Source of the DNA: the human T2T-CHM13v2.0 reference genome, Homo sapiens
DNA length: 64,000 bases
NCBI RefSeq assembly: GCF_009914755.1
Contig: NC_060925.1
Reading direction: 5' to 3' (one strand)
The notes beneath the pieces were generated by a model. The model had not been told where the DNA came from and did not search any database. It worked only from the letters and a program-made list of their open reading frames with translations. The stretch's first letter is position 1. Every line of letters starts with the position of its first letter. A program made the position numbers and the translations under genes. Positions 28,460 through 45,885 of this stretch are shown in pieces.

Positions 28460-30599
28460 AATTAAATGTCTAAATTAATGAAAGTCGCATGATGTGTCCT
28501 GTGATCCTCCTAAAAAAAATGGACCTTGCCATGAAATATAATTATTAATATATTTATATTTAATGAACTTATATAAATAATTAAACTTTCTTTCACAGAG
28601 TATAAAGTTAAAATTTGATAGAAATAAGAATTTAGTTTTTCAATAAATAAACATAAATATCTATATAAAAGGATACCATTTATATTATAAATATTGATAA
28701 CACATATCATTGGATAATCAATAAAACTACACACTCAGGTATCAAAATATGAGAGTAACAGGAAATGAGGGCAAAATATGAAATAGAACAATGGTAATAG
28801 GCTAGAGATCTCCAAAATGTGTTTCATATGAAAAATGACAAAGGCTAAAGGACTTTCAGGAGCAGAATTATAGAGTGAAAGGGTTTTCTTGTTTCATAAT
28901 AAGTCTGGGTAATGCTGCATGCTCTATAGTCTTCTTGGAGTTTAAAACACTTATAATCATATGAAAAAATATGGAAAAGCTCTGTCTTAATAAATATTGT
29001 TTTTTAAAACTCATTTCATAAACATATTTAGTTTTATAACATTTGTTTATCATATCTTTGCAAATCTATTAATGTTTTCTGAATACTTTATTGTATAAAA
29101 TACAACTTGGGAAATGTTATAATATTTGCATTTACAGCCTGGTACACTGCTGCTATATAAACTGAACACAGTAAACATTAAAAAAAATTTTTTCCACCAA
29201 ATACAATTATGCCCAACATTATCTTTAAAGTAAAAAATATGTGTACTGGATGTATAATTGTAAACAGCCTTGTCACCTTTAAAAAGTTAACAAGATTATA
29301 AATCTAGCATAAAGTGAAATTTGATAATACTTATAACAATAATTACATAATAATGCAATAATATGCAATTTTTTTGGAAAAAATGTTTCAAGAACATGTA
29401 TGAAAAGGCTATTAAAATGCTATGCGCATAAAAAGCTATGATTTATAATCATATATATCTGGAAATAGTTGTCTTTGTTTGTTTGTTTATCTTGTTGAAT
29501 GAAAGAATCAGTAGTATTAGGGAAACTTTTGTCCATAATCCATGAAGCTTATCTTTGTTGCTAAAACACATGAAGAAACAAACATGATATAAGGGGAAAG
29601 ACTGGATTGTCTTGATATTATTGAGTTGACAGAGAGGCAAATATTGCATATGTCTGTAAGGAGTTTATGTAAATGAATGTAATAGAGAAAATCTAGGCAA
29701 GGGTTTGATTTATGAATATAAGCATATGACTTAAGCTTCCAAGCATGAAAACAGTACCCACACTTGATTTTATCAGCTGCAGTGGTAGTGAAATTACAAG
29801 TAACCTAAGGGATTATGTGTCTGTGTTGCCTCATGTCTCTTGCCTTTTGGTATTATTACATGGATGAAACTCCAGAGTAAGAGAAGTGACACTCATTTTC
29901 CAAGAGGCTTTTGTAAAGTGATTTTGGTTGTTAATTTGTGACAACCTGGTTCTGGAATGATCCTCCTGACATTTGCTGCCACCAAAGTGAATAATGCTGA
30001 CCAAAACAGCAGGAAATTGTAAGAACATATTTAAATGGTTTATTTTCAGAGGTGAATCACTAAGAAGAAAAGGGGACTAATAATTAATTTTTAAAAATAC
30101 TTTGTGATTAATCCTGAGAGTAAAAAGGAAAAAAGAAATTAGTTTTCTTTGTTGTGGGTACTTCTTAAAACCTTCCTTCTGAAAGCTATCTCAGTCACAG
30201 TTTTTAATTCTATTGTCTAATTTTCCAATCTACTTTTTTCTTATCTCCTCTGAACTCTTTGTGCCGAAGGGCGTTAATGGCCAGATTTTTTAGGATTTCC
30301 TATCATCCAGTATTTTGTTTTAGGTTTAAACTTTTCTCTAAAATTATATCTCATTTTCTGAATATTCAATACTGGCTACTGAGCAATATCTTTAACACAA
30401 ATAATGAATGTTAACTAGAAATGTTTACTTTTCATACTGGCCTACGGTGAAGGTTAGCAAATTTCAAGAAAATCTTTTACTATACAACATGTTTAATCTC
30501 TACTCAATTCCAAGTAGATGATGTAAAGCAATAGCTTTGAAGTTGTGCAACAGAATGAACCATAGAGCTTGTTACAGTCTTATTCCTAGCTCCCACCCT

Positions 30600-30710
30600 T
30601 AATAAATAAGGTAAATCAGGGTGGAGCCCAGGAGTTCAAGTTTATAACAAGTGACCTAGGTTACCCAGACAGAGGTGGTCACTGTGCCACAATTTTTGAA
30701 ACACTGGTTT
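30600..30710. mobile_element. MER5-like hAT DNA transposon fragment
   Basis: gggtggagcccaggag...tttataacaag...ggtggtc...tttgaaacactg. Confidence 0.5.
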
Positions 30711-31409
30711 GAAAGGTGCAAGTTAGACTGCTTGCGTCCAGTGAGAAGTTGATGCATTATAAAATTTGCATTTTGAGTTTGAGTATGTCTAATTCTCTTT
30801 CATCTCAGTTTGCCACAGATGACAAGTGGTAAGTAATAATATGAAGTCCTCAAAGAAAAAGGAACACTGTAAACAGAGAAAGATAAAAAATAGTAACTTA
30901 ACATTTATTCAAATCCTTGTATATCCTGAGATTCTTTACTGAGCTTAACAAAAAAGTAACTTAAAAATAATATAGGAATTAAGGAGAAGTGCTCTTAGTA
31001 AAAAATAATTTAACTCTGCAATCTGGGGTTAGTGTTGGAATTTTGTTGCATAGAGCACTTGATGAGCCATAAAGTAGAAAGAAATCATTCTTAAAGCAAA
31101 CAGACTAGCTTGATATAGTAGCTGCCAGAAAACATTACGAGGAACTCTTGGTATATTTTGGTGCCCTGATGGAATGAAACTTAAAATTCAGGGAGTTCTT
31201 AAAGCAAAATAGACCTTCTAAATTTCTAATGACAACTATGATCCTTCTCATCCACTTCACTCATTTCAGGTTCCCCACTCCCAAGTATCCTTTCAATAAT
31301 GCCTACCACAACCCTCATATTAAAAACTGAAAACTTACCTCACATTTTTGTGATCCATCTTTCTTGCTGCATTTTGTTTTTGTTTTTCCTTATTACTTAA
31401 CAAGCTCAT

Positions 31410-31942
31410 TTACTTGTTCCATTTATGGATTGCTGCACAACAAATGACCTAAAATTCAGTGGTTAAGAAGGTAATACTCTTCTTTGTTAACACTCATGGG
31501 TTTTATAAATCATAAATTCAGGAAAAGCCATGTAGGTGGTTCTGGCTCAGGCTTTCTATTGTGCAATAGCTAGAGTTGGAGCATCTGGAGGTTGGTCAGG
31601 AATTTCTCTCTTTGGGAAGTCTTACAGCTTTGCCATGGTGCCTCTCAGCCAGGGCTGGTTTAATCTTTCCTACAGTATAGAGGACTTAGGGCTATCAGAT
31701 TTCTTACATGACACTACAGGGCTCCAGGAAAGAAAACAGCTCCTTCACCTATTATCACCTATGCTTGGAAGACGTACAACATTACATGTTTCTGACTACA
31801 AAGGAGTTACAACTTTGCCCACATTCAAGCAGAGAGGTCCTGGGCCCCACTTCTTCACTGAAGGAATGTCAGATGACATTACACAATAGCACACGGGCAC
31901 GGGAGACACTGGCGAGCTGTCTTCAGAAAATACAATCTGAAA
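31410..31942 (-). mobile_element. Old MLT1-family solo LTR within L2-like flanks
   Basis: attgctgcacaacaaatgacctaaaattcagtgg...tctggctcagg...gtcttcagaaaatacaatctg. Confidence 0.7.
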
Positions 31943-32349
31943 CATTCATTTATTATATTTATGTCTATACCACCGCAACATACAAACACGTGAGAATGTA
32001 AATTTTATGAGGGCAGAGCCATTTATGTGTTGTGCTTATCTGTTCATTTATGAAGTTATTAACTTGTATCTTCAAATCAGGCACCTTACTAAACTCATGA
32101 AATAATGTTTCAGTTATCATCAGTAGTGTTGCCACTTGGAATATCTTGTAGTACTTACTATATGGTAGACATTCTTAAATATGATGTATATATTCATGTG
32201 ATATATAGATTTGTAATTTATTTTTCTTATCTCATTGTACTGTGGTATATACTATTAAAATAATGTTGAATAGCAGAGATGGCAACCATATTTTTTTGTA
32301 ACATCAGTGATGTCCCTATAATCAACAGTATGCACTGTACAAGTTATAC

Positions 32350-32647
<298 letters not shown>

Positions 32648-33224
32648 CCATTGATACTATTTTATCCCCTCTTTTTAAATGGTCTGGTACAAATGAATCA
32701 CTTTGAAATATTTTTACATTTATTTTATATTGATGAATTTATCACTTACTCATGTCGACTTTAAAATAGATATCTGTGAGCAGAGGAATAGGGTGCCCTG
32801 AGTTCTTCAAATTTGTATAAGTGTATTTAAAGCTTTATACATTAAATATAATAATACATATTAACTGCTTATTAAGTTGCCTGTTACATAAGAAATAGAT
32901 GATTTATAAAAACCATTGTTCTTTTTTCTTCCTGTATTATCTGCAATTTGTATTCAAAATGTGTCAACTGTTCTAGGAACTTAATATCAATGAACAAAGC
33001 AAACATGCCTGTACTTATATAGCCAAGAAATTAATACAATTTAAAAGTTTATTTGCATAGAATGTAAGTGCAACAATTTAAACTAGAATGCTATTTGATA
33101 TTTTCAGAGATCCCACATTTTTATATAATATGCTAGTAAACAAAATTGTTTCATTTTAAAGATGTTTTCTTTATCTGTATATATTTTATTCTTGAAAATA
33201 TAAAGATAATGGATGTTAAGGCTC

Positions 33225-33365
33225 TTAGCCCAAAAATAATAACTATGTGAGGTAAAGCTTTTGTGAATTAACTAGATTTAACCATTTCACAACTTATATG
33301 TACCTTAAAACATCATGATGTACATGATGGAAACATACAAGGTCATTTGTCAATTATAAAATAAA
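33225..33365 (+). mobile_element. L1MA-type 3'-end fragment
   Basis: aactatgtgaggt...ccatttcacaa...aaaacatcatg...gtcaatta. Confidence 0.7.
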
Positions 33366-34654
33366 CTACAACCATCTGCTCTTCAACAAGGTTGACAAGA
33401 ACAAGCAATGGGGAGAAGACACTCTGTTCAATAAATGTTGCTGAAATAACTGACTAGCAGAAGAATGAAATTGGACCCTTGCCTTTCACCATATATGAAA
33501 CTTAACTCAAAATGGATTAATGGTTTAAATATAAGACCTTAAACTATAAAAAATCCTTGAAGACAACCTAGGAAATACTCTTCTCAACATTTCTCCTTGC
33601 AAAGAATTTTGGCTAAGTCCCCAAAGTAAACTTCAATGAAAGCAAAAACAAACAAGTGGGACTTAATTAAACTGAAGAGCTTCTGCACAGCAAAAGAAAC
33701 CTACAACAGAGTAAACACACAACCTACAGGATGGGAGAAGATATTAGCAAACTATGCATATGATAAAGACCTAATATTGAGAATATATAGAGAAGTTAAA
33801 CAAATCAACAAGCAAAAACCAAATAAATCAATTTTTAAAATGGTCAAAGAATATGAACAGACACCTCTCAAAAGAAGACACACAAGTGGCCAACAAACAT
33901 GAAAAAAATGAAACAATGCTCAGCATCATTCATAATAAGAGAAATGCAAATTAATACCACAGTAAGATATAATCTCACACCAGTCAGAATAGCTATTAAA
34001 AAGTTGAAAAACAACAGATATTACTGAGGCAGTGGAGAAAAGGGAAAGCTTATAAATTATTGGTGGGCATGTAAATTAGTCCAGCCACTGTGGAAGGCAG
34101 CCTAGAGATTTCTCAAAGAACTTAAAACAGAGCTGGGAATGTACTCAAAGAAAATAAATAATTCTGCCAAAAAGACACCTGCACTCATATGTTCAACGCT
34201 GTACTACTCACAATAGCAAACACATGGAATCAACCTAGGAGTCCATCTATGGTAGATTGGATAAAGAAAATGTGGTACATATGCACCACGAAATACTACA
34301 CAGTTATTAAAAAAAGAATAAAATCATGTCATTTGCAGCAAAATGGATGGAGGTGGAGGCCATAATCCAAAGCGAATTAACACAGGAACAGAAAACCAAA
34401 TACTGCATCTTCTCACTTGTAAGTGGGAGTTAAACATTGAGCACACATGGACAAAAATATGGGATGAGTAGACACTGTGAACTACTAAAGGATGGGGTAT
34501 TGATTAAGAAACTACTTATAAGACACAATGCTCATTACCTGGGTGATGGGATCCATACTCCAACCTTGAGAATCACAGAATATTCCTATGTAAAAACATG
34601 CACATTTTTCCCCATATCTAAAGTAAAAGTTGAAATAAAAATAAATAAATAAAT
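33366..34654 (+). mobile_element. 5'-truncated old L1PA (about L1PA15-16)
   Basis: ORF2 C-terminus ([15 protein letters not shown]), 3' UTR and taaaagttgaaataaaaataaataaat tail. Confidence 0.9.
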
Positions 34655-34916
34655 GTTTTATGTAAGATAAAAAATTAATTAATTAAAAAGTTATAAATGT
34701 GTTATAGGTGATGTAATAAATGTTACATAGTAAATTAAAATAAACTTTTACATTGTCATTTACATTATCTAGTATTATAGCACTTAAAATAATATTTTTC
34801 ATAAAATATAGCTTTTTCCTTATAGGATGCTATATAAATTTTATTATTTTAATAGGAATAATATAAAAGATTATAGAAATAGTAATATGAAGAAATTGAA
34901 AACAAATGTTAGAGTA

Positions 34917-37161
34917 TGATATGGTTTGGCTGTGTCCCTACCCAAATCTCGTCTTGAACTCCCACATGTTGTGGGAGGGACCTGGTGGGAGGTAATTGAA
35001 TTATGGAGGCAGGTCTTTCCCGTGGTGTTCTCATGATAGTGAATAAGTCTCATGAGATCTGATGGTCCTATTAGGGGGAGTTTCCCTGCCCAAGCTCTCT
35101 TCTCTTATCTGCCACCATGTGAGACTTGCCTTCCACTTTCTGCCACGATTGTGAGTCCTCCACAGAGACGTTGAACTGTAAATCCATTAAACCTCTTTCT
35201 TTCATAAATTGCCCAGTCTCTGGTATATCTTTATCAGCAGCATGAAAATGGATGAATACAGTAAATTTTTACCAGTAGAGTGGGGTAGTGCTGAAAAGAT
35301 ACCTGAAAATGTGGAAACAGCTTTGGAACTGGGTAACAGGCAATGGTTGGAACAGTTAGCATGGCTCAGAAGAAGATAATAAAATGTGGGAGAGTTTGGA
35401 AATTACTGGAGACCAGTTGAATGGCTTTGACAAAAATCCTGATAGTGATATGAACAATAAGGTTCGGGCAGAGATGGTCTCAGATGGAGATGAGGAACTA
35501 GTTGGGAACTGGAGCAAAGGTGACTCCTGTTATGTTTTGGCAAAGAGACTGGTGGCATTTTGCCACTGCCCTAAAGATTTGTGGAACTTTGAACTAGAGA
35601 GAGATGATTTAGGGTATCTGACAGAATAAATTTCTAAGCAAAAAAGCATTCATGATGTGACTTGGATGCTGTTAAACCATTCAGTTTTAAAAGGGAAACG
35701 GCATAAAAGTCTGGAAAAATTGCCGCCTGACAATGTGATAAAAAAGAAAATCCTATTTCTGAAGAAAAATTCAAGGTGACCACAGAAATCTGCATAAATG
35801 ATGAGGAGCCGAATGGTAATCCCCAAGACTATGAAGACAATGTCTCCAGGACATGTCAGATGTCTTCAGGGCAGCCCCGCCCATCACAAGCTCAGAGGCC
35901 TAGGCGTAAAAAGTTGTTTCTTGGGCTGGGCTCAGGGTCCCTGTACTGTGCACAGCCTAGCTGTGTCCCAGCCACTCCAGCCATGGCTGAAAGCATCCAG
36001 CATAGAGCTTGGGCCATGGCTTCAGAGGGTGCAGTGCAATCCAAAAGCCTTGGCAGCTTCCATGTGGTGTTGAGCCTGCAAGTAAACCAAAGTCAAGAAC
36101 TGTGGTTTGGAAACTTCTGTCTACATTTCAGAGGATGTATGGAAATGCCTGGATGTCCAGGAAGAATTTTGCTGCAGGGGTGGAACCCTCACGGAGAACA
36201 TCTGCTAGGGCAGTGCAAAAGAGAAATGTGGGCTCAGAGCCCCCACAGAGAGTCCCTAGTGGGCGCCACCTACTGGAGCTGTGGAAAGAGGGCAGCTGCC
36301 CTCCAGACCCCAGAATGGTAGATACACTGACAAGTTGCACCATTTGACTGGAAAAGCCATACCATGCCAACCCATGAAATAGCCATGAAGGGGGCTATAC
36401 CCTGCATAGCTAAAGGGGAAGCTGCCCAAGGCCATGGGCGCTATCTCTTGCATCAGCATGACCTAGATGTGAGACATGGAATCAAGGACATGATTTTGAA
36501 GCTTTAAGATTTGACTACGCCATTGGATTTCAGACTTGTATGTGGCCTGTAGCCCCTTTGTTTTGGCCAATTTTACTCATTTGGAATGACTGTATTTACC
36601 CAATGCCTGTACCTTCATTGTATGTAGGAAGTAACCAACTTGCTTTTGATTTTGCAGCCTCATAGGCAGAAGGGACTTTCCTTGTGTCAGATGAGACTTT
36701 GGATTATGGACTTTTGAGTTAATGCTGAAATGAGTTAAGACTTTGGGGGACTGTTGGGAAGGCATGATTGGTTTTGAAATGTGACGATATGAAATGGAGG
36801 GGTCAGGGGTGGTATAAGATGGTTTGGCTGTGTCCCCACCCAAATCTCATCTTGAATTTCCACATGTTGTGGGAAGGACCTGGTAGGAAGTAACTGAATT
36901 ACCGGGCCAGGTCTTTCCCATGCTGTTCTTGTGATATAAGTCCCATGAGATCTGATGGTTCTATGAAAGAAAGTTTCCCTATGCAAACTCTCTTGTCTTG
37001 TCTGCCATCATGTGAGACATGCCTTTCACCTTCCCCCATGATTTTGATCCCTCTCCAGGGCTGTAGGTCCATTAAATGGTAATTCCATTAAACCTCTTTC
37101 TTTTGTAAATTGCCAAGTCTCCAGTATGTCTTTATCAGCAGCATGAAAACAGACTAATACA
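34917..37161 (+). mobile_element. Complete THE1 (THE1A/B-like) MaLR element: LTR 34917-35260, internal 35261-36814, LTR 36815-37161
   Basis: Two LTRs (atggtttggctgtgtcc...aataca) around a THE1 internal region (MWESLE...GNWSKGDSCYVLAKRL); flanks gagta/gacta form a 5-bp TSD with one mismatch. Confidence 0.96.
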
Positions 37162-37449
37162 GACTATAAAATTAAATGTATTATAAAATAAATAACTAGA
37201 TCTCTTCCCATTGTTTCTATTCAATAAATATTTAAAAAGTGCCTACTTTATCCTAGATATCATGTGAGGCAATGTTGAAAATATGATGAAAAGAACAGAT
37301 TTTCAATGACATAATAAGGCTTATCATAGAGCAGAAGAAAGCTGAAATACACAAAAAAATGAAAAATCATGTTAAAAACTTGTGCAAAAGTGTTGATATT
37401 AAAATATAATACTAAAATGGAGAATAATAAAAAGAATATATGTTAAATA

Positions 37450-37830
37450 GAATGGCAGAGATTACTTGATATTTCACAAATATATTTCCATTTCCTTCTT
37501 TGCAGTAGAACTCCTAGAGATTAGATGAACATGTGAGCACTCAGAATAAAGACTGACTTTATATATTTTCTTTGACATTCATAGTGGCCAACTTGACCAA
37601 CTTCTAGCAGAGGAAGAGAAAGACAAGTTTCTCTCCTTTATCTTCTACCTCCCATGTGATTGTGATGTTAGATCTGAAGCAATCATCTTGAATCATGAAA
37701 TGGGAGCCATATGTTGAAAAAGAAGATAAAGAGGAAAAGGGTTAGGTCATGGATGACTGTGAAGCTACTAAGTTCCCCCAGGACCCCCTGTCAGGAGTTT
37801 TATATGAGAAAGAAATAATCCCTCAAAGTT
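37450..37830 (+). mobile_element. Old MLT1-family LTR remnant
   Basis: tggcagagatt...gcaatcatcttgaatcatga...ttatatgagaaagaaataa. Confidence 0.55.
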
Positions 37831-38034
37831 AAATCATAGGACATCAAAAAGAACTAGTCTAGTTAAAAATATATATGTATGTTGTGATGGAGTAACAAGA
37901 ACAAGGAGAAATAAGACATACAAAGGCATGAAAGAGCTTTGCCTTAAAGGAAAGAAAATTGAGTGGATCAAACTCAGTGTATTAGGGAGAAGGGATTAAA
38001 ATATGCAATTTTAAAAAATGTTAGGAAGATGCAC

Positions 38035-38650
38035 ACAATTCATTCATCAATGATATATTTATTCAACACCTACTTTGTATTTGCTGTTTTAAGTTTAGGA
38101 ATATGATGCTGAACAAGCCAGAAAGATACCTTTTTTGTCACTGTACTCTCCCCTTTAGAAGAAGAGTAAATGATAAATAAATAAATATTATACAGGCTAA
38201 ACATGTTTGATTTCTAGGATACAGGGGTTCTTGTTTCAAGTACTTAAAGAAGCTCTGTTTAAGAAACTAGATTTAAGCAGAGACTTACATGAAAAGAGTA
38301 AAACAGCCATGTCAAAAGGAGTAAGAGCAGAGGTTTAAAAACTGGGTTGGGAATAAACGGCAACTGGTGGTATATGAACTATATAGGGATCAGATAGGAT
38401 TGTCTATCAGGGCAAGAGATTTTAGAATTCAATGTGAAATAATTTGAGAGTGCTAACAGTGAACTGATATTATTTGAAATATCAATCTACTTCTTACCTG
38501 GAGAATAGAATAAAGAGCATAAAGATACATAGTAGAGGATGCATTGTACCATGATGAAAGATGTTTGTTTGGGACAGAAAATTGATTGTAAATATAGAGA
38601 TAAAATACATAAATTCAAGATGTATTTGGATTAAAAAACAGGACATGCTG
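38035..38650 (-). mobile_element. L2 fragment
   Basis: ttcattcatcaatgatatatttattcaacacctact...gatgctgaacaag is a reverse L2 3' end. Confidence 0.6.
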
Positions 38651-38684
38651 CCTTTGATTTCAGCAGTGACTTGCAAAGTGCTTA

Positions 38685-39900
38685 GAAGTTAGTCCTGACC
38701 TTACAATAAGAAATAGACTGACTTTCAGAATAAATATTGGTATCAGTAGTGGCCACATGAAAACTAAATATCAACAAACCTTATTCGATGCATAAGAGAA
38801 TGAGATTGCAGAGTAAATCACTAACCCCAAATCTTGAGAGTTGGATCTATCCAGACAGTCACAGCTGAGATCTTCTTATATGGCACAGAAGCCACCATTT
38901 GCCATAAACTGGTAGGAATATTAGCAGTATATTGACAAGTTACTGGAAGCTGAATGCAGACTAACATGAGACTGAAAAACTCGTGGGATCTGTATTCCTG
39001 GTGATTTCCTACATACTTGCAGATTTTTTTTTTCATGTATCTGACCAGGTTTTCAAGGGGATCAGAGAAAGCTCCCCAGGTAGAATCACCAAGAAAAAGA
39101 AAAAAGCAGCCATTATGAAACCTACCCAGACTCTTCACCCTAACAAAAGCCTGACTTCCAGGAGAAAGTACTTCACCACAGTGGAATCTGAAAACTTTAA
39201 CCTAGTAGAGTAACAAACTTCCACACCAAACCAGTTATCTCTAGCCTTCCTGTCTCACCTAAGACAAATATAAATAAATACAAGCCATAGTCAACAGGGA
39301 AGAGGGCTTTGAAGAAAGAGTCTGCAAACAGTATTACCCAAGAAGAGACTAGGGGGCAGGAAGGGGGAAAAAAGGGACGAAATACTTCTGAAGGGCACAG
39401 CCCCAGAAGACAGGCCCACTAAATAAAATAAAATTTATATAGATAGTTCTATAATGTCTCCCTAAGCCACCAAAACAATTCAAACTTCTGGTGCCTACAA
39501 TGACAATAAACTTTAAACACCTTTCAACTTCTAGAAAGAATCATATAAAATCTTGCTCTTTAGAGGTTTCAGCCTATTTATCTCAATAAATATTACCCTA
39601 TACAACATGTTTGATTTTTCACAAAAAAATTACAAGGCATTTCAAAAGGCAAGAGAAAAAAATATGTCTGAAGAGGCAAAACTATCATCTGAAACACATT
39701 TAGATATGACACAGGTGTTGGAAATATCAGACAGAGAATTTAAAAGAACTATGATTAATATGTCACAGCATCAGTGATAAGTCAAAATAATAGCACCTAT
39801 TCTTTATCTGTGGCATTGAAAATGACACTTCACCTTTGTGGTCTTCCTCTCCAAACCCAAAAATCCAGTGTAACCATGAGAAAAACATCAGACAAATCCC
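38685..39900 (+). mobile_element. Old L1M 5'/ORF1-proximal region joined to an L1MC-type 3' UTR piece
   Basis: gatatgacacaggtgttggaaatatcagacagagaatttaaaagaactatgattaatatg (L1M ORF1 start); catgagaaaaacatcagacaaatccc (L1MC 3' UTR). Confidence 0.65.
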
Positions 39901-40159
39901 TTTCCCACTATTTCAATAGTGCTCTAACCTCAAACACAAGAGTTAGAAATAAAAATGTTGAATCTGTGAGAAAATAAAAGAAAACAAAACAGCAGGAGAT
40001 TATTCTAAGCATAATTAGAGCTTTCTTATCTACATTTGCCTAAAAAGAAAATGCAGGTTTTGGATATACCATGGACTCTTCTTCTGAGGCTGTCAAGGGC
40101 TCAGCCGAGCTGGAAATGGGGGAGAGAGACTGAGAAGGAAAAAAAAAAAAAAAAAAGCG

Positions 40160-40875
40160 TGTCAGAAGTGCTGAGCTGTCTGGTGTCAGAGTAGCCAATT
40201 AAAGCAACACCAAAAAAAATAAATAAATAAAAAAATAAAGAACTTAGCCTTTAATCACTTACTGGAATGATCTAAGCATATTTTAAAGCAGGAAAAGGTG
40301 CTGACTCCCTGTTCCATGTTCCTCCATAGAAAAACATACCAGTGGAGGGTCAGGTGGATTAACAGAGATGTAGAGGTTATCTCATTGAGGAAGAACCCTC
40401 ACCCTGAAATTAAAAAAAAAAAAAAAAAGGCTCAGGCAGTTGCGTGGACCTTGGTGGATTATGAGTGGTCATGGAGTGGAAAAGTACTGGGTAGTGGAGT
40501 GCTAGAAGTGAAAATGTCAGAGTCGGGAGAAAGATCTTTTAGGTTTTCCCTTCTACCTACACCCTCCTACCCTGTAAGAAGGCTTCAGTACAGAAGCCTG
40601 AAGAAGACCTCTGCCAAATCTCAAATAAAGAGAGCTGGAAATGAAAACTAATAGGCTAGGAATACAGCTATGGGAAAATCATGACCTGTCAGATTGTCTG
40701 AGTCCTTGACTATAACTCCTTCCAAAGAATGCAGTGCACTGGCTGTGCAACATGTCTGGTGTGGGGAAGACAGCTTTCCCCTGTGAGTCCTGCCAGGTAA
40801 CGCCTTTGTAAATTGCCTGTGGTTGGGCTTGTAAAATCAGTCATGGATTTTTAATCAGGAGCCAGACTACTTACA
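40160..40875 (-). mobile_element. Old solo LTR (probably ERVL class), copy 2 of 2
   Basis: Starts tgtcag and ends ttaca; shares cagctttcccctgtgagtcYtgccaggtaa and ctccctgttccat with 17710-18385. Confidence 0.7.
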
Positions 40876-41629
40876 ACCTAACTACTTTAATGTAGTTAGA
40901 TTAAGGAAAAGGGGATTCAACCAGGATCAGAGGCAGGAGCACACACAAAAAGTTTTAATCCTATTTTATATAGAGCATATATTAAATCCACTCCATGATT
41001 TAAACATTACTTAGTAGTGACATTCAACTGTTGGATTGCCATATGTTGTGAAATGTCTATGTGTAGCTAAAATATAACTGAAACTTGACTGTGGAAGCTG
41101 AAAAAAAAATAGAACAGAATGTTATATTGGCAAAAATATAATGAAGATTTCCTAATTAGAAGTGTTCAAGGAGACACGCATAATTATATAATTTTAGATT
41201 TGGAAGTGATCTGATATATCAAAGCCAATCTATTGATTTTAAGCATATATATATATACTTAAAAAGTAGAATTTTCAAAGTTGGTCTAACCTCACATAAT
41301 TAATAATGACATATCTAGAGTTAAAACCTACAGCTATTGATTTACAATCGTATGGTATTCTACCACACATAATTCTAAAGTCAAGGCCCATATTATGCAT
41401 TATAGAAATAGTATGAAATAATACTTAACACTAGCAGAGTATAGAGTACAAATTTTGGAGAACAATATTTTAACTTTTACCTAGAAAAAGCTAGTTAAGA
41501 GGATAACAATATTAACACACGATACCCAGTCATAGCTGGCATACTCAATTAAGCAGATTTCTAAGAAACCATTACTATTTTAGTTTGTATGTGTCCTTAT
41601 TTTATATGTATTTATTGAGGGATTGTTAC

Positions 41630-42043
41630 TGTATTAATCTGCTAGGGCTGCCATAACAAACGTCCATAAACTGTGTGTCTCAAACAACAGAAATTTATTT
41701 CTCACCCTCTTAGAAACAGAAAGTCAAAATTTAAGGTCCAGCAGGATTCAGTCTGGTGAGGGCATTCTTCCTGGCTTGGAGGTGGATACTTTCTCATTAT
41801 ATCATCACAATTCCTTTCCTGTATGCAGGGGAAAGAGAGCTAGAAAGAGAGACAGAGAGAGATCTCTCTGTTTTCTCTTCTTTTTAAAATAAAGTCATGA
41901 ATCCTATCTGATCAGGACCCTATCCTTATGACCTCATTTAACATTAATTGCCTCCTATGGGCCTGTCTAAATACAGCCACATGGGGGGTTAAGGCTTCAA
42001 CATGAATAAATTTTGAGAGGACAAAATTCAGTTCAGAGTAGTC
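41630..42043 (-). mobile_element. MLT1A/B-type solo LTR
   Basis: tgtattaatctgctagggctgccataacaaa...aacaacagaaatttatt...cttatgacctcatttaac...ggcttcaacatg. Confidence 0.88.
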
Positions 42044-42394
42044 ACTGATAGTAAAATTAATGGAGAGAGCCATTTAAATATGGTACCTCTACTTGGCAAA
42101 ACAAAACTGCCCAAACCCTCAGGCTTAAGCAAATATATTTTGGTTTTGAAAACTTACTCTACATTAAAAACCAATGTATAGAGTTATACTTACAAGTACA
42201 GAAATAGAGTGAATTAAAAAGTTTAACTATTTCTTTTATTTTCTCTGATTTCAGTCCTTTAAATTTTATATTCATTAACATCTCCCTTCATTTTTCCATA
42301 CATTTTATTTTAACATTTAGATACTGCAGTTCTTCTACTTACTTTATCCCTTCTATTCTCTTATTCTTACTGACATTTTACATTTAACTAAATT

Positions 42395-45885
<3,491 letters not shown>

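Noticed and set aside
35384-36459. Several overlapping ORFs of 67-181 aa
   Set aside because: All lie in the THE1 internal region and are broken pieces of the MaLR ORF or alternative frames.
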